From contig QHWF01000003.1 of the NCBI GenBank assembly GCA_003222455.1, positions 1 through 33,699 on the forward strand: a DNA stretch of 33,699 nt, written 5' to 3'. The notes under the pieces were generated by a model. The model had not been told where the DNA came from. It ran no database searches and saw nothing but the letters and a program-made list of their open reading frames with translations. This DNA is from Acidobacteriota bacterium (GTDB lineage Bacteria > Acidobacteriota > Vicinamibacteria > Vicinamibacterales > CAVVIG01). Every line of letters starts with the position of its first letter. Within the stretch, counting starts at the first letter, position 1. Positions 24,141-31,329 of this stretch are shown here, in pieces. Both the position numbers and the translations under genes were made by a program.

Positions 24141-25865
24141 ATGGACGTCGCGCCAGTTCCTGCCTGCCTGGATCTGTTGCGCGAAGCACGCGCGGGCGCG
24201 CGCGTGGGCATTGCTCAGGGCGCCCACCGACACCGGAAGCTGCAATTCGCGATCGTCCGGGCATGAGGCCCGCGATGCGGGCTTGAAGGCCGGACGCTGC
24301 GCGCCGCTCGGCCGCTGTTCGCCGGAGAAGTAGGCCACCGCGCCTTCGCGCACCCACATCGGCCGCTGCGCCAGCACTGAATCGGTCAGGACGTGCACGA
24401 GCTCGTGCCGCAGCACGCGCTCGAGCATCCCGCGTTCGCGCAGGATGACGAGCGGCAGCAAGTGGAGCTCGCCATCGATGAGAGCGGCCGACGTGAACCA
24501 TGCCCGGCCTGTTGCACGCTCGTACTCGTCGGTGGTCGCATGGAACCGCAGGACGATCCGTGGCGGCAGCGGAACGCCAAGAGTCCGAGCCAGCTCGTCG
24601 CGCGATCGCAGAGCTTCCTTCAAGACCGCAGCCCGTTCGCCTTCGTCGCCCTCCGGCAACGCCACAACCATGTCCGGCGCCGGAGTTGCGATCGGACTCG
24701 GCACCGGCGTCGACTGAGCAATCGTCAAGCCCGGGAAGTAGCGCCCCAGGATGTCGGCGACGGTCCTGCCCTCAGCGGCCAGACGCGCCGACCCGATGAC
24801 GCACAGCCCGACGCCATGCCCGGACCCTCGGCCGCTGAATCGATACAGGTCGCCGTTCTTCTGGATTTCGAAAACGGTGCTCTTGATGTATTGCCAGCCG
24901 AGCGTGCGGCCGACCGCTACGCGCAGTTCCTGACCCGAAATTCGATCCGGTCGCAGGCCGACGACGCGGAGCCGCGCCACTCGCCCTGACGCGTTGCGCG
25001 AAGCGATCCGCACGTCGCGGAGCGTGGTGCCGGCGAACCCCGCCGCGCGGAGCGCTCGCACCAGCTCGGACGACCGCAGCTCGGCACTCCACAGCGGTGC
25101 GCCGCCGCACGCGGCGTCGCGGTGCGATGGCAAATACGAGGGGTTCTCCGCGCCGGGCCAGACGGCCGACGGGATCTCGGTGCGTCCGCCGCAGGAAGCG
25201 CTGTAAAACACCGACGCGAGTGCCTTGTCGTGAAAGACAAGTACACGGCCGGCGGTTGCGTTTGCCGCGCGTTCCGTGCCCGCCGTTGCCGGCCGGAGCA
25301 CCTGACAATGCGTTTGATCGCACAGGTCGAACCCGTCGGCATGATGACGTCCACGATTCGCAAGCGCGAACGTACGGACGGTGAGCGCCAGCGCCTCGAG
25401 CGCAGCCGGAGGACTGTCGCGCGCCGCTTCGCCGGCCAGGACGCGCGAGACGTACGTCTCCAGCGGGAGGGTGACAATCGTGTATTCACCGCCCGGCTTG
25501 AGGATGCCGACCCGCAGCTGTTCGCCTGGCAGCCCGTGGTGAAGGTCTGGCGTCGCACCGAGACGGGCGAGGCGCCCCGCCGGCAAGGCGCGACGAGCGA
25601 GCATACCGGGAGTATGTGAGCGAGGAGCAACGCAGCCGGCCCGGGGCCCCCACGGCGCGGACTGTGCGCCGTGGGGTGGAGCGGGGATGCATCGCCCGTC
25701 GAAAGCAGCCAGACTTTCACCACGGGCTGCTAGTTTGATCGGAGCGGCGCTCCGCGCACGGAGCGGTGCCGTCGTCATCGGTCCCGAGAGTCCAGGGGGA
25801 CCCGGGCCCGCGGCAGCACCGCTGCCCATGAGCATCAGCAACAGGCAAGCCGCTCGGCGGCTCAT
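24138..25865 (-). CDS. SpoIID/LytB-domain protein fused to a C-terminal peptidase-MA-like (HExxH) domain
   Basis: Signal-like N-terminus MSRRAACLLLMLMGSGAAAG. SpoIID core LETYVSRVLAGEA...ALEALALTVRTFAL...FDLCDQTHCQV...FYSASCGGRTE. C-terminal RHELVHVLTD...PMWVREGAVAYFSG. Residues about 45-113 are encoded by repeat family A. Confidence 0.8.
   Translation of the reverse strand: MSRRAACLLLMLMGSGAAAGPGPPGLSGPMTTAPLRARSAAPIKLAARGESLAAFDGRCIPAPPHGAQSAPWGPRAGCVAPRSHTPGMLARRALPAGRLARLGATPDLHHGLPGEQLRVGILKPGGEYTIVTLPLETYVSRVLAGEAARDSPPAALEALALTVRTFALANRGRHHADGFDLCDQTHCQVLRPATAGTERAANATAGRVLVFHDKALASVFYSASCGGRTEIPSAVWPGAENPSYLPSHRDAACGGAPLWSAELRSSELVRALRAAGFAGTTLRDVRIASRNASGRVARLRVVGLRPDRISGQELRVAVGRTLGWQYIKSTVFEIQKNGDLYRFSGRGSGHGVGLCVIGSARLAAEGRTVADILGRYFPGLTIAQSTPVPSPIATPAPDMVVALPEGDEGERAAVLKEALRSRDELARTLGVPLPPRIVLRFHATTDEYERATGRAWFTSAALIDGELHLLPLVILRERGMLERVLRHELVHVLTDSVLAQRPMWVREGAVAYFSGEQRPSGAQRPAFKPASRASCPDDRELQLPVSVGALSNAHARARACFAQQIQAGRNWRDVH
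25529..25732. repeat. Composite family A element with ~23-bp terminal inverted repeats, lying inside the SpoIID CDS
   Basis: GCAGCCCGTGGTGAAGGTCTGGC (25529-25551) versus GCCAGACTTTCACCACGGGCTGC (25709-25731). The reverse complement of 25529-25562 matches 6414-6446 at 30/33. The core 25622-25700 matches copy 2. Confidence 0.7.
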
Positions 25866-26539
25866 GCGGTCAGGCCCAGGAAGTCAGCCACACCTTCCCA
25901 TATCTGCGGCAGGCTGGCAATCAGCTGATGATCGTCCTCCAGGAGCGAGAGCGTCACGTTCGGCCGCACCGCCGCGAAGGCTTCGACGGTTCGATGGTCG
26001 ACGGATGCGTCGCGCAGCCCCTGAAAAATCAGCGTCGGCTGGGACACCGCGGCTTGAAACGCGTCGTGCTTCAGACTGTCTGCGTAGAACGAAAAATTCA
26101 GTAGCCGCTCGCCGGCGCAGGCGTGGTGGAAAAACGGCAACGCGCCCCGGTGCTCCCATTCCTCGACGCGCTCGGGTGGCAGCAGATGATGACCGGGCTT
26201 CGCGAACATGACCGCCGGTGCGAGCAGGACCAATCGGTCGACGGCTGCACCGAACCGCGCGGCCGCAAGAAGCGCCAGCGTGCCGCCAAGGCTCGAGCCG
26301 ACGAGCGTCGCCGGGCGGCCCTCGAAACGCGCGAGCTCCGCGCCGAGCTGCTCGATCATGCGGGTGAGCGTGAGCGTGGCGAAGTCCGGCTCGTTGAAAT
26401 CGGGGCAGAGCAGTGGAATGCCATGCTCGCGCAGTCGATCGGCGAAATACGCGGCCTTTGTCGATCGGGCTGACGAAGCAAACCCGTGAAGGTAGAACAC
26501 AATCACAGGAGCGACTGGCATCCCGGGCGGCACCGGCAT
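25862..26539 (-). CDS. Alpha/beta hydrolase (YqiA-like esterase family)
   Basis: VIVFYLHGFASSARSTKA. Nucleophile elbow LVGSSLGG. Its stop overlaps the SpoIID start (ATGA). ATG 26521 is an alternative start. Confidence 0.75.
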   Translation of the reverse strand: MPVPPGMPVAPVIVFYLHGFASSARSTKAAYFADRLREHGIPLLCPDFNEPDFATLTLTRMIEQLGAELARFEGRPATLVGSSLGGTLALLAAARFGAAVDRLVLLAPAVMFAKPGHHLLPPERVEEWEHRGALPFFHHACAGERLLNFSFYADSLKHDAFQAAVSQPTLIFQGLRDASVDHRTVEAFAAVRPNVTLSLLEDDHQLIASLPQIWEGVADFLGLTA

Positions 26540-26895
26540 TTGATCAGCCCTTCGCCGTCAGTGTTGTAGTGATAACTGAGCTCTTCGCCTTTCCGGATGG
26601 TGCGCGCCGCCCGGATCCAGATGGTGCCTTCGAGGACGTGGACGTAGCAGTTGGGCCGGCACGAATGGTTGATGAAGCGTGCAACGTTGCCGCCGACCGC
26701 TGCATCGATCACCGTGCGGTTCGTCAGCTTGAAGCACCAGATGTGTCCACGTTTGATGTAGCGCCGCTCGCGCCGGAGGCTCTCCTGGTTGGAGATCTTC
26801 TCGCCGGCATAATGAATGATGCGCTTGTTCTTCGGAATCGTTCGAGTCGCGTACACTCCCCATCCGTGAATCCGCGATCGCCGTTTCTCGATCAT
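26503..26895 (-). CDS. SET-domain protein (putative protein-lysine N-methyltransferase)
   Basis: ORF 26503..26931 trimmed to ATG 26895 (MIEKRRSRIHGWGVYA). Motifs: RFINHSCRPNC, GEELSYHY, post-SET-like CRCRPGC. Confidence 0.8.
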   Translation of the reverse strand: MIEKRRSRIHGWGVYATRTIPKNKRIIHYAGEKISNQESLRRERRYIKRGHIWCFKLTNRTVIDAAVGGNVARFINHSCRPNCYVHVLEGTIWIRAARTIRKGEELSYHYNTDGEGLIKCRCRPGCQSLL

Positions 26896-26912
26896 CGGTA
26901 CTAAGATACCGC

Positions 26913-27293
26913 ATGTGCTGCGACGAGCCACCGCCGCCGGCGTTGCTCGAGGGCGTCGCGCAGTTCAATCGCGCCGAATTCTTCGAACAGCACGAAACGC
27001 TCGAGCTCCTCTGGCGCGCCGAGCGCCGGCGCGTCCGCTACCTCTACCAAGGGATCCTGCAGATCGGCGTCGCCTTCCACCATCTGCGTCGCCTGAATCA
27101 CCACGGGACCGTGTACATGCTGACGCGGGGCGCCGCATACCTCGCGCCGTTTGCGCCGCGCTGTCAGAGCATCGACGTCCAGGCGCTTCTGGACGATGCG
27201 GTGACGGCGCTGCGGGAAGTCGAGCGGCTCGGACCGGATCGGCTGCGAGAGTTCGACTGGCGTCTCACGCCGAGGGTGCGGCTGATCGAATAG
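26913..27293 (+). CDS. DUF309-domain protein
   Basis: LLEGVAQFNRAEFFEQHETLELLW...YQGILQIGVAFHHL is the DUF309 signature as I remember it. It is divergent from the SET gene with only 17 nt between the start codons. Confidence 0.7.
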   Translation: MCCDEPPPPALLEGVAQFNRAEFFEQHETLELLWRAERRRVRYLYQGILQIGVAFHHLRRLNHHGTVYMLTRGAAYLAPFAPRCQSIDVQALLDDAVTALREVERLGPDRLREFDWRLTPRVRLIE

Positions 27294-27294
27294 C

Positions 27295-27540
27295 GTGCTT
27301 GGCGCTGTCGCTCCAGAGTGCTTGGCGCTAGCGCGGGCAGAGTGCTTCGCGCTATCGCGGCAAGGTGCTTCGCGGCACTCTGGAGCGTCAGTTCCGAGCA
27401 CTCGACGGCGTCAGTTCCGAGCACTCTAAGGCGTCAGTGAACGGCACCCTGACGCGTAAGTTCCGAGCACTCTAAGGCGTCAGCGAACGGCACCCTAACG
27501 CGTAAGTTCCGAGCACCCTAAGGCGTCAGTTCCCGTATAG
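27295..27540. repeat. Array of about 10 degenerate tandem 23-bp units (two sub-families) in the DUF309/RidA intergenic region
   Basis: Units begin at 27295, 27318, 27342, 27365 (GTGCTTSGCG...) and at 27387, 27410, 27433, 27456, 27479, 27502, 27525 (GTMAGTTCCGAGCACYCTAAGGC alternating with GTCAGYGAACGGCACCCTRACGC). The 13-bp inverted pair CGCTCCAGAGTGC (27309-27321) / GCACTCTGGAGCG (27375-27387) is also present. Confidence 0.8.
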
Positions 27541-27568
27541 AATGTCGCTCTCATCAGAGGAGCGACCC

Positions 27569-28774
27569 ATGCGCGTGCTTTCTGTGCTCGCCTTCGTCGT
27601 CACGGCTGTCACCATGACTCTTGCTCAATCATCGTCCAGGCAGATCATCACGACCGGCGGTAACCCGAGCCTTCCGTTCAGCCCGGCGGTCAAAGCCGGC
27701 GGCCTCATTTACGTGGCCGGCACGCTTGGCACCGGCGCGAACGGTTCGATTGCGAAAGGCGACATCAAGGCACAAACGAAACAGACGCTCGACAATATCG
27801 CGGCCACTCTCAAGGCCGCGGGCTCGAGCCTCGCGAATGCCACCAGCGTGATGGTCTATCTCCGGAGCGCGAGCGACTTTCCCGCTGTGAACGAGGTGTA
27901 CTCGACCTACTGGCCCAAGGATCCGCCGGCCCGGACGACGGTGGTCCTGGCGCAACCCCTGGCCAACGCCGATGCACAGGTCGAGATCTCAATGGTCGCC
28001 GTCCCTGATGGCGGCCAACGCGCGGTGGTCCACCCGAGCGGCTGGACCAAGTCGCCGAACCCGTACAGCTATGGAATCAAGACCGGCAACACGCTGTTCC
28101 TCTCCGGTCTGGTCAGCCGGAGCGGCAAGGACAATTCCGTCGTGAAGGGCGACATCACGGCACAGACGAAGACCGTGCTGGACAACGGCGCCGCCATCCT
28201 GAAAGAAGCCGGCATGACGTTCGCCGATGTCGTCAGCGCACGCGTGTTCGTCACAGACGACTCGACCTTCCAGGCGATGAATACGGCGTATCGGACGTAC
28301 TTCCCGGCCATGCCGCCGGCACGCGCGACGGTCAAAACGGCACTCACCAGTCCGGACTACGTGGTCGAGATCACCATGGTGGCGGTGAAGGATCCGAGCC
28401 GGACGGCGTTCACGACGCCGAATGCCGATGGGTCACCGGGCACCGCCAATCCGAATCTCAGTTCGGCCATCCGCGTCGGCAATCGCCTGTATCTCGCCGG
28501 CATGCTCGGGAACACGCCGGCGAACAAAGGGGACGTCAAGGCACAGACCGGCGAGGCGCTCGCGCGGATTGGGCGCACGTTGAAAGCGGCCGGGTTCGAG
28601 TGGTCGCAGGTCGTCGACGGCGTCGTGTATCTCCCGGATATGTCGAAGTTCCAGGACATGAACGCGGGCTATCGGGAAACGTTCACGAAGGACTTCCCCG
28701 CACGTGCGACAGTCGGCACCGGCCTCATGGGCGCCGACGGTCTGGTGGAGATCATGTTCACGGCGGTGAAATAG
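27569..28774 (+). CDS. Secreted protein with three tandem RidA (YjgF/YER057c/UK114) domains
   Basis: ATG 27569 has GAGGAG 6 nt upstream (the ORF track starts at 27542). Signal peptide MRVLSVLAFVVTAVTMTLAQ. Three about 125-aa modules each have G.L.(Y/F)(V/L)(A/S)G...GD(I/V)(K/T)AQT...L.N......AG, ...PAR(T/A)TV... and VEI..(V/T)AV. Confidence 0.85.
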   Translation: MRVLSVLAFVVTAVTMTLAQSSSRQIITTGGNPSLPFSPAVKAGGLIYVAGTLGTGANGSIAKGDIKAQTKQTLDNIAATLKAAGSSLANATSVMVYLRSASDFPAVNEVYSTYWPKDPPARTTVVLAQPLANADAQVEISMVAVPDGGQRAVVHPSGWTKSPNPYSYGIKTGNTLFLSGLVSRSGKDNSVVKGDITAQTKTVLDNGAAILKEAGMTFADVVSARVFVTDDSTFQAMNTAYRTYFPAMPPARATVKTALTSPDYVVEITMVAVKDPSRTAFTTPNADGSPGTANPNLSSAIRVGNRLYLAGMLGNTPANKGDVKAQTGEALARIGRTLKAAGFEWSQVVDGVVYLPDMSKFQDMNAGYRETFTKDFPARATVGTGLMGADGLVEIMFTAVK

Positions 28775-28786
28775 CAGAACCACCAC

Positions 28787-28943
28787 CGAGGACACGAAAC
28801 TCAGCATCTCAGCATCCTTCGTGGTTGCTACATTTTTTGCCACGAAGACACGAAACCACGAAGAAAACCTATTAATACATTCTTCGTGCGTTCTTCGTGC
28901 CTTCGTGACTTCGTGGTTGCATTTTTGGTGGGTGCATTTCGTG
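28787..28943. repeat. Cluster of CACGAAG/CTTCGTG heptamer repeats forming several hairpins between convergent genes
   Basis: For example CTTCGTGG-TTGCTACATTTTTTG-CCACGAAG (28817-28847). Also CCACGAAGACACGAAACCACGAAGAA ... TTCTTCGTGCGTTCTTCGTGCCTTCGTGACTTCGTGG. Confidence 0.8.
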
Positions 28944-28945
28944 GG

Positions 28946-30538
28946 CTAGGCCGACGGAAAGCCGCGGGCGATTTCGTCGGCCGATCTGAGCGTGAGCGCG
29001 ACGAACGTCAAGGTCCCATTGGTGCACCCGCCGGTCGGTGTGGTCGGGGCACCGACGACGAACAGATTCTCGTGATCGTGCGTGCGGCCGAAGCTGTCGC
29101 ACACGCTCGTCGCCGGATCGGTGCCCATGCGGCAGCCCCCGCCCGGATGATCGAGGTAGTCGCCCTCACCCGTGTTCACAATCCGTCCATTGCCGGCCTT
29201 CGCCAGCGTGTTGAACACGTCGAGCACGTGCGCCCTGGTTGCCGCCGTGCGAGCGGTGGTCGCCTCGTCGAATCGATGCACGATCGCCGGCATGGGATCG
29301 CCATGCCGGTTCTTCTTCGACTGATCCAGCGTCAGGCGACTGTCTGCCGACGGATGAACGTCGACGTATGCGCGTAAGCGGACCGAGCTGCCCCTGGTTC
29401 GCGATCGCCAGTCGGCCAGGAGCTCCTCGCCCAGCAGCAGCTTGCCGTCGGGTCCGCGCAGCCGCGGATCGCGGCCGGCGGAGCTTTCCCACACGCGCGT
29501 GTCGTGCCGCACGAACGGCTTGTCGGTCCGGCAGCGGAAGTACTCGCGCGAGATCAGACTGTGGGTCATGTTCTGGCCGGGAAACGTCTGATCGTCGATG
29601 TTCGCCGTCGCCGAGACGAACCGGTGCCCGTTCATGTACCGTCCCACGGTGCCGGACCTGTTCGCCAGACCATCCGGGAGTCGCGAATTCGCAGATAAGA
29701 GGAGGAGATGCGAGCTCCAGCAATAGCCGGACGCGATCACGAACGTCTTCGCACGATACTCCACGGTTTCGTCCGGTCGATCCTGATGGACCGCGCGGGC
29801 AGCGGCGACGTGGGCCCGTGTGTCATCGAGGACGAGCCGACGCACGAGCGTGCGGTCGTGCAGGGCGATCTTCTTCGGCGCGATCAACTGGCGGAACGTG
29901 TAATCAGGTGAGTAGCGCGCGCCGGACGGACACACCTCGCCGCAGGTGTCGTAGACGCAGCAGCCGCCGCGGCCGTCAAACGCCGTGAGGTTGCGCGCCA
30001 TCGGCAGCCCGTTGAACTTGAGCCCGCTCTGTTCGGCCCACCGTTTGAGGATCTGCAGGTTGTACGAGAGCGGAATCGGTCCCTGCGGATAGGGCGCCGA
30101 TCGGCGATCTTCGAGATACGGGCCCGGCTCGCCGGCCACGTTCAAGCGGCGCTCCGCGTCGCAGTAATAGCGCTCGAGGTCGGCCCAGTCGAGGGGCCAG
30201 TCGGTCGCGAGCCCGTACATCGATTTCAAGCGGAGATCCTCTTCCGAGAACCGGTTGCAGGCCCCGCCCCAGTGCAGCGCCAGGCCGCCGACCGCCATCG
30301 TCATCGAAATGATGCCGCTGGCCTGCTGATCCTCGATGTAGTCGTCGTGCCACGGATGCTCCCCATAGGCGGCCGCACGTTCGCGATAGCGACCGCGATT
30401 CTGCACGTCGAAGATCGATCGTCCGGCTTCGACGACCGTGACATGGAGACCGCGCCGCAGCTCGGAGAGCTTCTGCGCCAGCATCGCGGAGGTGATGCCG
30501 CCGCCAATGATGCAGACGTCGGTTTCGTGAGTAGGCAT
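28946..30538 (-). CDS. GMC-family FAD-dependent oxidoreductase
   Basis: N-terminal DVCIIGGGITSAMLAQKL (FAD GxGxxG/A). C-terminal GMC_oxred_C-like HPGGGCRMGTDPATSVCDSFGRTHDHENLFVVGA. Confidence 0.85.
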   Translation of the reverse strand: MPTHETDVCIIGGGITSAMLAQKLSELRRGLHVTVVEAGRSIFDVQNRGRYRERAAAYGEHPWHDDYIEDQQASGIISMTMAVGGLALHWGGACNRFSEEDLRLKSMYGLATDWPLDWADLERYYCDAERRLNVAGEPGPYLEDRRSAPYPQGPIPLSYNLQILKRWAEQSGLKFNGLPMARNLTAFDGRGGCCVYDTCGEVCPSGARYSPDYTFRQLIAPKKIALHDRTLVRRLVLDDTRAHVAAARAVHQDRPDETVEYRAKTFVIASGYCWSSHLLLLSANSRLPDGLANRSGTVGRYMNGHRFVSATANIDDQTFPGQNMTHSLISREYFRCRTDKPFVRHDTRVWESSAGRDPRLRGPDGKLLLGEELLADWRSRTRGSSVRLRAYVDVHPSADSRLTLDQSKKNRHGDPMPAIVHRFDEATTARTAATRAHVLDVFNTLAKAGNGRIVNTGEGDYLDHPGGGCRMGTDPATSVCDSFGRTHDHENLFVVGAPTTPTGGCTNGTLTFVALTLRSADEIARGFPSA

Positions 30539-30567
30539 CGTTCGAATCCGGTTAACCTAATGTGATA

Positions 30568-30733
30568 TTCAGGTTTCAGGCTCAGGGCTTTCGGCTTTGG
30601 ACCTGCTCAGAAAATCCTCGTGCAAGTGTGCCGACGAGAGCTGACACGCGGTGAACGGAGCAACTCGCTGCCTAACACCGACGTTCGGCAGGGCGCGCCT
30701 AGAGCCCAGAGCCGAGAGCCCAGAGCCGATCGG
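30568..30733. repeat. Inverted heptamer-repeat arms (GGCTYTN units) flanking an ~100-nt unique core, located between the two oxidoreductase cistrons
   Basis: Left arm TTCAGGTTTCAGGCTCAGGGCTTTCGGCTTTGG (30568-30600). Right arm CCTAGAGCCCAGAGCCGAGAGCCCAGAGCCGATCGG (30699-30733). The reverse complement of the right arm has the same GGCTCTN periodicity as the left arm. Confidence 0.65.
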
Positions 30734-30738
30734 ACTAT

Positions 30739-31317
30739 TCATCGAAGCGGCTGCGGTTTCCGTGTCGTGATGGCAATCGGCCGGCACAATTCGCGCTGAA
30801 TCATTGCCCGGTAGCACTCGTCGTTCGCTTCGCTGCTCCGGAAATAGAAGGCCATCAGGTCGGCAATCACGTGCTGACCGGCGGGCCTCGGCGGGAGCGC
30901 GCGGACACCGGCCTTCGTGAACGCCTCGTCGAGCAGCGCACGGCGCGCCTCGACATCGAGCGTGGCCCACGCCCCGCCTTTGGCGCGTGCACTGCCGGCC
31001 AGCGCCGACAGCTGCGCGACGTACCCCGGCACCGGCGACGGCGGTGTTTTCTGCAGACGGGGATGCCCGTACCCGTGCGCCATCGCGACACCCTCACGGT
31101 AGCCGCGCGTCCACGCGACAAAGCCGTCGACGATGCCGCCGATTCGCGCAGCGCCGAGCGACGCCGGCAGCACCGTCGGCGCGATTTCGTGCAGTGTCGC
31201 GACCGCCTCCGGCGTCAGCTCGCGCGGCTGCGCGAATACGCGCAGCCGATGCAGCGGCAGCGTGGCCGTCGTCGACGCAATCCATTGCAGAAGCGTGCGT
31301 CGTCTCATGGAGTGCAT
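30739..31317 (-). CDS. Tat-signal small subunit of the gluconate 2-dehydrogenase subunit 3 family (partner of the GMC oxidoreductase)
   Basis: ORF 30739..31551 trimmed to ATG 31317 (or 31308). MHSMRRRTLLQWIASTTA carries a twin-arginine motif. About 190 aa. Positioned upstream of a GMC oxidoreductase, which is the usual pairing for this family. Confidence 0.65.
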   Translation of the reverse strand: MHSMRRRTLLQWIASTTATLPLHRLRVFAQPRELTPEAVATLHEIAPTVLPASLGAARIGGIVDGFVAWTRGYREGVAMAHGYGHPRLQKTPPSPVPGYVAQLSALAGSARAKGGAWATLDVEARRALLDEAFTKAGVRALPPRPAGQHVIADLMAFYFRSSEANDECYRAMIQRELCRPIAITTRKPQPLR

Positions 31318-31329
31318 TATAGTGAACGG

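Noticed and set aside
23919-24266. 115-aa ORF as a genuine protein; likewise 6265..6450(-), 6291..6527(+) and 24056..24286(+)
   Set aside because: Beyond the first 16 codons the sequence is encoded by repeat family A (peptide motifs such as PPHGAQSAPWGPR recur wherever the repeat occurs) and overlaps the SpoIID gene. These are repeat-derived spurious ORFs.
27387-27524. Possible CRISPR array (23-nt repeats GTTCCGAGCAC... with 23-nt intervening segments)
   Set aside because: The intervening 'spacers' are nearly identical to each other (GTCAGTGAACGGCACCCTGACGC versus GTCAGCGAACGGCACCCTAACGC). The repeats are short and degenerate, and no cas genes are present. It is a 46-bp tandem repeat, not a CRISPR.
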